A stretch of DNA of 64,000 nucleotides from assembly GCA_977018835.1 (NCBI GenBank), contig OZ361256.1:1178001-1242000 (forward strand), written 5' to 3'. Numbering within the stretch: position 1 is the stretch's first letter; every line of letters starts with the position of its first letter. The DNA comes from Minutocellus sp. GHC0000111. Taxonomy: Eukaryota. Below, piece by piece: positions 57,488 through 64,000 of the stretch. Below the pieces are notes generated by a model, which was given only the letters and a program-made list of their open reading frames with translations, did not search any database and was not told where the DNA came from. A program made the position numbers and the translations under genes.

Positions 57488-58737
57488 ATGGCGTTCAACA
57501 AGATGTTCGTGATGCTCCCTGTCATGCTGGCGGCGAGGAAGCTCGACGGGGAAAACCCCGACACGGTCTTCATGCTCCGCTGTGCGTACGGCACGGTCCA
57601 GGCCGTCATCGTCCTCCTCGTGGCCTACATTTATATTTCCAGTCAGGCCGTCTCCAACGGCAAGGACAAGGACCGTCTCATCTACGTCCCTCCACCCCCG
57701 GTGGTGAGTAATTCATTTGCAAAAGGGATCACTTCGGGGGTCTTGCCTCGTCTGTTAATATTTTTCCACCGCGTAAATATGTTATTTTGTGCGTCAGTGC
57801 CAGCATTTCTCACACCTTCATCATTGTGCTTTTGCTCTCTTCATAATCACCCTCCCTGACTCCCGGCAATTCTCAGCCCTTTGAGGACCCCAACACCAAG
57901 AAGAAGTACACCGAGAAGAAGTTCGGCGCTCACGTTTCGTCTCAGGCCATGTCGCTCCTCGGATCGACTCTGTTCGGGATCTGCATGACGGTCGGTCTGC
58001 ACTACTACAAGGGTATGATTGTCGGCCTTGCCATCCAGTCCATTATGGGCCCGCTCAACCTGCTGGAGAATGCCCTGGCCAAGGCCGTCTTCATGGGCGG
58101 TGGACTTGGCGACGGCGTTGCCGATCGCAAGATCTTTGGTGAGAAGAACCGCAACGAGCTGACCAAGGACGATGAAGTGGTCGACGAGCAGGGCAACGTG
58201 GTCGTTCGCAAGCCTCTGCCCGCATCCGGCGCCGACGGCAAGAAGGGCGGGAAGAAGGCCACTCCCAAGAAGGATGAGCTCAGCTTTGAGGACATCCTGC
58301 TCGATACCTGGGATTTGGGTGCCGATGCGGACATGAAGCCTCTCATGGCGGTTCTGACGAAGAAGACGGTCAATTACCACACCAAGGAGGATTCCTGGAC
58401 CCCGTCCATGATCCTGGCCGCCATCGGCGTTGCCAATACCAAGGAGTGCATGGCCAAGTGCAAGTCCCTCGGAGGCAACCCGGCCGCCGTTGATAAGGAG
58501 GGTTGGAATGCTCTGCATTGGGCCGCTTTCCACGGAAGTCCCGCCGGTGCGACGTACCTTCTGTCCAAGGATGGATATGGTGGAATTGACCTGGCCGACG
58601 CCAAGGACAAGGAAGGAAAGAGTCCGCTGGACCATGCCAAGGCCGAGGGCAACAAGGAGGTTGCTGATATCATTGAGAATGCCTTGGCTGCGCGAGAAAC
58701 GTCGGCGTCTGATGACGGTCTGCGCAAGAGGAAGTAG
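57488..58737 (+). CDS. Pho88/SND3-like membrane protein fused to ankyrin repeats, exons 57488-57703 and 57877-58737
   Basis: Pho88-like N-terminal region (..LRCAYGTVQ.., LHYYKGMIVGLAIQSIMGPLNL) and ankyrin motifs GWNALHWAAFHG and GKSPLDHA. The GT-AG intron keeps the frame. Confidence 0.8.
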
Positions 58738-58967
58738 ACGGTACTTGTATTGTGGTTCTAGATGATAGAATTTTGCGTGTCGGGTGGCTTGGGTTGCTAC
58801 AAAGTGATATAATACTCCGGCGGATAGGTATTTGCCGGTGCATTCACAAGTAATCTAAGCCAGATTTCATCATGCAAACTACTTACTAGTAGGATTGTCT
58901 CTCGCCCGCAGTAGAATATCGTTGAAGCTAACATTACATTTTACATGGCTATGTTTGGTCGAAATGG

Positions 58968-60449
58968 CTAGGTGATGGTTCTACCTTCAACTTGGACCGA
59001 AAACTCTGTTTCATCCACCACTTGTGGTGCCTCCTCGTTGTTTCCCCGGTGCTCTCTTTCACTGCTCTCATCGTCGTCTTCCGAGCCACTAGTTCCCTCC
59101 TCTACATCCCTGTCGTCATTCTGGCTGCCGGTGAGCATCCGCGACCTCTCCTGGGCCTCCTCTTCTGCAGCTATCATTAAGCTCTGAAATTCCCAAGCTC
59201 TGAACCAACACATGAACCAGACACCCAGGGGGATCATGAGCGTACCAAAGGCAGCCGAGTATGGACTGTCATAGTCCGGTGCCTCGTTTGGCCCGAGTCC
59301 GCCTCCTCCACCACCACCGTCATCGGCATCCTCGGCAGCCTGCTCCGCGGCATCTTCCGCCTCCTTGTATACCTGAACGTTCAAATAATACTGATACCCA
59401 TTCCAGGCCAATCCTGCTAATATCAAACCATAAAAGTATTGTCGCGCCAAGAACACCGTGCTCTCGGTCGTGGCTTTGATACCAAGGGTGCTGACATACA
59501 AGCCCAAACAGGAAACGACTAGATCAGCGTAGTCCGAGTTCCGCCATGTTCTCATCTGCACTTGCTGACCATCGTAAGAGGGTGTCGGCGGGCCAGTGTC
59601 CGTCGGATCCCCCGGCGGGATGTCCTCATAGCCACCCCCACCGTAGCTGTTGTATCCGTTGGCGGCATCGGTGTCCGGTACGCCGCCCATCATAATGGAA
59701 AATAGCGTAAGCAGTTCCATGCTCGACATGATTAGAAGCAGAAACGACAGCAGCTTGACTCTATGCATGGCCTCAAAAATCTCCTGCGATGACAATATCA
59801 AAACTGGAGATGACGCCTCGTTGGCATCCAAATATATTTGTGGTACGTGCGCCCCACTGCCTCCAGCTGGATTGCCGGTACTGGGACTGCTGGCAGCAGC
59901 TGTAGGATCGCCTCCATTACCTCCGGCACTCAGCGCACTGTTGACGTCTCCATGTTGATCTTCCGTCCGTACCACCACATTCGGCTTGGGGAATAGATGA
60001 ACAATTTTATTTTCCTCACCGGCATCACTAGCACCCAACCCACATTCCTCCAGGGTGGTCATATCGTCCAGTAGTCGGCCCATGTAGATCAGTCGTTGAC
60101 CGCTGGCCGCTACGCCGTGTCGGGCCGTTCCTGCCTTTTTGAACCTCGCCACCGTCCAGCTTGGGTCGGCCCTCACGTCAAATTTGCTGTGCGCCGTGTC
60201 CAATATAGTAATTGTTATCGAAGTGCCATCGTCTTGTCTTCTGTTGTTGCTGCGACTGCCACCGTCGAGAGGCGAATTCTCATTCGCGGGTGCCACCTCC
60301 TCGAGGTCATCGGCGTGTTCGTGCTCTTCGTGTTCGTGTAGGTCCTGTCCCTCTTCATCGGCGCTCCCCTCGCTCAATAGGGAATTGGAGGAGGGCACCT
60401 GGCCGTACCTTCGACGATTGGACCGGCTTGGTCGGCTCAATCTTGTCAT
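58968..60449 (-). CDS. Ubiquitin-like domain membrane protein
   Basis: WTVARFK...QRLIYMGRLLDD..TLEECGL..IVHL UBL motif followed by about four TM helices. Confidence 0.85.
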   Translation of the reverse strand: MTRLSRPSRSNRRRYGQVPSSNSLLSEGSADEEGQDLHEHEEHEHADDLEEVAPANENSPLDGGSRSNNRRQDDGTSITITILDTAHSKFDVRADPSWTVARFKKAGTARHGVAASGQRLIYMGRLLDDMTTLEECGLGASDAGEENKIVHLFPKPNVVVRTEDQHGDVNSALSAGGNGGDPTAAASSPSTGNPAGGSGAHVPQIYLDANEASSPVLILSSQEIFEAMHRVKLLSFLLLIMSSMELLTLFSIMMGGVPDTDAANGYNSYGGGGYEDIPPGDPTDTGPPTPSYDGQQVQMRTWRNSDYADLVVSCLGLYVSTLGIKATTESTVFLARQYFYGLILAGLAWNGYQYYLNVQVYKEAEDAAEQAAEDADDGGGGGGGLGPNEAPDYDSPYSAAFGTLMIPLGVWFMCWFRAWEFQSLMIAAEEEAQERSRMLTGSQNDDRDVEEGTSGSEDDDESSEREHRGNNEEAPQVVDETEFSVQVEGRTIT

Positions 60450-60913
60450 GGTTTATGGGTTGGGGCCTGTCGGATTGTTCGGGTCTGTGTCGTGACGCCG
60501 ATGTCTCGGTCGGCTGATGTCAGTTGACCGAAAGCGAAAACTCGGCACAAGATGTGTCGGCTTCGAATAAATAAAACACTTGGGCGATGAGAGCCCCAAT
60601 CAATGCCCACGGGCGTTGTATCCTAATATTGTTGATGGTTGTGCAGTTGGTTGCTGCGTAACTTGCTTCGTTATTATTATGAGCATTACGCGGAGCTTCT
60701 TCGTGCAGTCTCCCTGCCGTTGTGCCGCGTTGCAACGTTGCAACGGGCTAACGGGACTGGTGAGAGTTCCACCTCACGCTCGGGACCGCACTGCCGCACG
60801 CACTGCAATGCGGACGGTAAACCCAATCGACAAAAGGGATCTCTACCTAAGTACATGTCATGTACACCTCTATTCCTTATGGCATACTTCCTACATACAA
60901 CGGTTAAGCCCTC

Positions 60914-62959
60914 TCAATCCATGCCTGAACCAACATTGTCGTCGTCCTCCTCGTCAGGCATTGGCGGCAATGGCTGACACAATTCGATTTCCAGCTTGTT
61001 GAGAGCGAATGCACAAAGCACCGTCTCGGGTAGCTCGTCGACCTCTTTGCCCTCCAGAATGAAGGCAAAGGCTATTCGTAGCCCCTTGGTATGTCCTCTA
61101 ACAACATTCAAAATCGCACTTGCCACCTTGGATCCCGAAATATGAATGTCAACCTCGCTGATGCTCTTTTCCGTTGAAGGATCCACGCGGAAATAGTATT
61201 GGCAGGGCACGACTTTGCCCAGCAGTGCAGGGGCATTTCCTGGCCCTACGGCCTTTTGCACGATCCAAGGACCGTGCTGCAGCACTGGTAGCATTTTCAG
61301 CTGAGAATCACGAAATGCTTGATCACCATTTAGGAATCTTTCCCACACTTTTCGTACACTTTGTTTCATCTCACTGACATCGGGGACTTTGAAATATGCA
61401 ACCAAATTCCCAAACGGAAGCAAAAAGTTCACCAAAAAGGTGTTCTCTGCACCCAAAGTTTCATTCAGAAGTGCGGGGTGTCGAGCTATTTGCCGTTGTG
61501 GCATGTCGTCGCTGCTTCCAAGCAACCAGAGCTCCACGCCGCGACAGGCAAAGGCTGGCTGTGAAGATTCAACTTTGACCCGATCGTTCAAATAGGTTGC
61601 GCCACGAACCTTGAATAAATTATGAGGAGGTTCTGACCAACAATTACGACTTTCACTTGAGTTGATGCATTGCAACGGATTGGTAACAACTCGAGGTGGC
61701 TTGGCAGGTGATTCTACCGATGCAACCTCGCCCACTTCTTCCGCCGAGGTACTGCACGGGAGAGTTATCTCGTCCTCGTCAATGAGAGATGCATCTCCTG
61801 TGGAATCATCGTCATCATCCGCGGCATTGGTGCCTTCCATGGGAGCCGGCAACAACAGCCACGGAAACCTTCTATAAATCATTCCACCAGCAATTGTTGC
61901 ACTGATGACTATTCCCGTGAAAACATCTGCTCTGATTGTGATCACAGGAATAGCAATGGACTGATACCAGCGAGAGACCGGCCTCGCGAGACAAATCGAA
62001 GACGTACCGATCACCAAACTGGCCAGCCTTCCATATTGCGTATAGAGGCTTGAAGCTACGTAGCTGTCCTGTTCGTCGTTAAGCTTTGATGGCTCTTTGA
62101 ACGTATCTCTATCAGATGCCGGAGACGGTTCTCTCGTCCTTGCTGTCCTTGGTGGCGAGGAAACAATGACACCATGCAGCGTGGCTCGGTGCGATATCTT
62201 GGTCATTGTCGCTGCCCAGCGAAGCGCGGCGATCCAAGCGTCGCGAGCTTCTGCAGTAGGAACGTAGCAAAAGTAGTCTCGGGCCACATCTCGTGATTCT
62301 TTGACGCCGGTGCCATCCGTGCTTCTACTGGTGATGGTTCTGTCGTCCAATGGCACCGATGCAGATGAATATTTCCGACGGGCCCGGAACATGAAGCCGG
62401 CCTTGCCAGTCGGTAGGCCAACGTGAATGTCCTTCATGGACGTTGGATCGATCGCCCTCGCGTGCAGGATGATCAGAATCGATTTAGGCCGGTCACCATA
62501 CGAGTTTGTTTGCGTATGATCGATGTTCTGGTCCATCGCCTTGTCCGACTGTGACGACGAAGAGTCGATACTTTTACGATTGGTTGCTGGTTTCTTATCA
62601 TCGTCGGGCAATATGTCAGTCCGCGATAGAGTCTGCCACCCATCGAAGATTTCATTGGAAGAAGTGACGTCACCCCCAATTGGATCGGCATTGGTGGTAG
62701 CGGCGGCGGCTTCGGTGGCAGTAGTAGCACCGGATTCTGACGCAACCTCTGGGAGCTTTGTTGATGCTTCTGCTTCCGCTGCTGCTGTGTCTGCTGCCGC
62801 TTCATTTTTGTCCGTCTCGGCTTCGTAGTAGTGCAACGTTCCATCACCGCTCAGCTCGAGATGACGAGGGCGCCATCTGCGAACGTACCGTCCCCTCACA
62901 CGAACGTCCCCGGAGTGCCTCACCGCATCGCCGGAGCGTGACCTTCCGCCGTGCATCAT
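60914..62959 (-). CDS. PH domain plus DUF1336 (EDR2 C-terminal-like) protein
   Basis: PH motifs RWRPRHLEL..GTLHYY and RDAWIAALR. DUF1336 motifs WSEP...FKVRGATYLNDRVK, GPWIVQKAVG and ELPETVL. Confidence 0.85.
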   Translation of the reverse strand: MMHGGRSRSGDAVRHSGDVRVRGRYVRRWRPRHLELSGDGTLHYYEAETDKNEAAADTAAAEAEASTKLPEVASESGATTATEAAAATTNADPIGGDVTSSNEIFDGWQTLSRTDILPDDDKKPATNRKSIDSSSSQSDKAMDQNIDHTQTNSYGDRPKSILIILHARAIDPTSMKDIHVGLPTGKAGFMFRARRKYSSASVPLDDRTITSRSTDGTGVKESRDVARDYFCYVPTAEARDAWIAALRWAATMTKISHRATLHGVIVSSPPRTARTREPSPASDRDTFKEPSKLNDEQDSYVASSLYTQYGRLASLVIGTSSICLARPVSRWYQSIAIPVITIRADVFTGIVISATIAGGMIYRRFPWLLLPAPMEGTNAADDDDDSTGDASLIDEDEITLPCSTSAEEVGEVASVESPAKPPRVVTNPLQCINSSESRNCWSEPPHNLFKVRGATYLNDRVKVESSQPAFACRGVELWLLGSSDDMPQRQIARHPALLNETLGAENTFLVNFLLPFGNLVAYFKVPDVSEMKQSVRKVWERFLNGDQAFRDSQLKMLPVLQHGPWIVQKAVGPGNAPALLGKVVPCQYYFRVDPSTEKSISEVDIHISGSKVASAILNVVRGHTKGLRIAFAFILEGKEVDELPETVLCAFALNKLEIELCQPLPPMPDEEDDDNVGSGMD

Positions 62960-63301
62960 TGCGAATGAAGTCAAGTTCGGCACGAAGCCTGACGGAAGAA
63001 GATTCCAAGGCACAAGATGTGTTGGTTTTGAAGAAGCGGAAGATACTCCAGTTGGAAATGCTCCAACTAACACTTATTGGCGCTCTGGTACTAGCTAGAC
63101 TGGTATAGCGGCGTGGTTTAGAGCACTGGTATGGGCTTCGCCTTCGTGCTGCCATTATGCCTGTTCGGTGTTCGGCGCAGGCGCCAGCATTTCGTTTTCG
63201 TTTTCGGTTTTCGCGGTGCATGCAAGAAGCTTCATTTTTTCGGGACTGACTTTCGGGACTGATACCACACAATCGCATGCGCATCTCATTTTTTCAACGA
63301 A

Positions 63302-64000
63302 ATGGCAGCCTCCGACGTGGCAGCCTTCTCCTTCCCCGCAGCCTCCGGCGGAGCAGCCGCAGTGGCCAAGGCAGCCGCCGCCGGTCTCGGCCTGGCCGTC
63401 CCCGGTGGCATCGTCCTCGGCGCCCTCTCGGAGCGGTTGGCGTTGCAGTCGGTATCCCCCCTCCTGCCTCTCCCCTCGGCGTCCCAGCCCACCGCCCAAA
63501 AGGCATGGGGAACGGCCGTCCGCGCCGCCACAGGTGCCGTTGCCGTGAGGGGCTTGTATCTGTGGTCGGGAATGAGTGCCGTGGATGCGGCAGTCAGCGC
63601 TGCGGCGCTTGGCGGTGCCAGTGCAAGCAGTAATGCCGGCACTACCACCGTGGCCAAGCTGGGCGCCGAAGCTGTGACGGCCATGCTCACCTTCATTGTC
63701 TGGACGGTGTGTTTGGCCACCGGTGCCAAGATTGGGAGTGTTTTGCAGCCGGTTGGTATCACCGGTGGGATTGCTTGCGGTAAATCGACCGTGTCGGAGC
63801 TGTTGGCGGCCAAGGACAATGATGATAAAGATAAAGGCAAAGGCAGCAAGACACCATTTGCAATCATCGACGTGGACAAGATTGGTCATGACATTCTCAT
63901 CCCAGGCAAACTTATCCCCAGCGAATCAGCCTATTACAATGTCGTCAAGGCATTCGGCACGGACATTCTCTCAGACGACGCACCAACTACAGACATTATA
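63302..64000 (+). CDS. coaE: Dephospho-CoA kinase with hydrophobic N-terminal extension (runs off the window)
   Basis: Open frame from ATG 63302 to the window end containing VGITGGIACGKSTVS and IIDVDKIGHDIL...VVKAFG. It is absent from the ORF track because it has no stop within the window. Confidence 0.88.
   Translation, partial: MAASDVAAFSFPAASGGAAAVAKAAAAGLGLAVPGGIVLGALSERLALQSVSPLLPLPSASQPTAQKAWGTAVRAATGAVAVRGLYLWSGMSAVDAAVSAAALGGASASSNAGTTTVAKLGAEAVTAMLTFIVWTVCLATGAKIGSVLQPVGITGGIACGKSTVSELLAAKDNDDKDKGKGSKTPFAIIDVDKIGHDILIPGKLIPSESAYYNVVKAFGTDILSDDAPTTDII

Overview
Gene-dense eukaryotic nuclear DNA, almost certainly from a diatom: short GT-AG introns, bipartite plastid presequences of the ASAFAP type, a silicanin-like protein, RXL-motif secreted proteins and an expanded helicase-associated (HA) domain protein. 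About 37 protein-coding loci can be supported, and there are no rRNA, tRNA or CRISPR features. The best finding is a plastid-targeted type II peroxiredoxin (28966-29843). Its peroxidatic Cys codon is an in-frame TGA (PGAFTPT-U-S), and a SECIS-like stem-loop lies in its 3' region (29948-30020), so it looks like a selenoprotein that the ORF track splits into fragments. Other points of interest are a transposon-like island (about 32.6-37.6 kb) in which 141-bp inverted repeats bracket an intact A20 zinc-finger gene, a bacterial BtuF-like binding protein with a fused domain, and a small secreted saposin-like peptide. There are also two CaaX-ending proteins and a peptide deformylase-like protein with degenerate motifs and a twin-arginine leader. 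Many conserved genes carry single indels, which suggests consensus errors in the assembly or pseudogenised alleles. All family calls come from recognising motifs by eye, without database searches.
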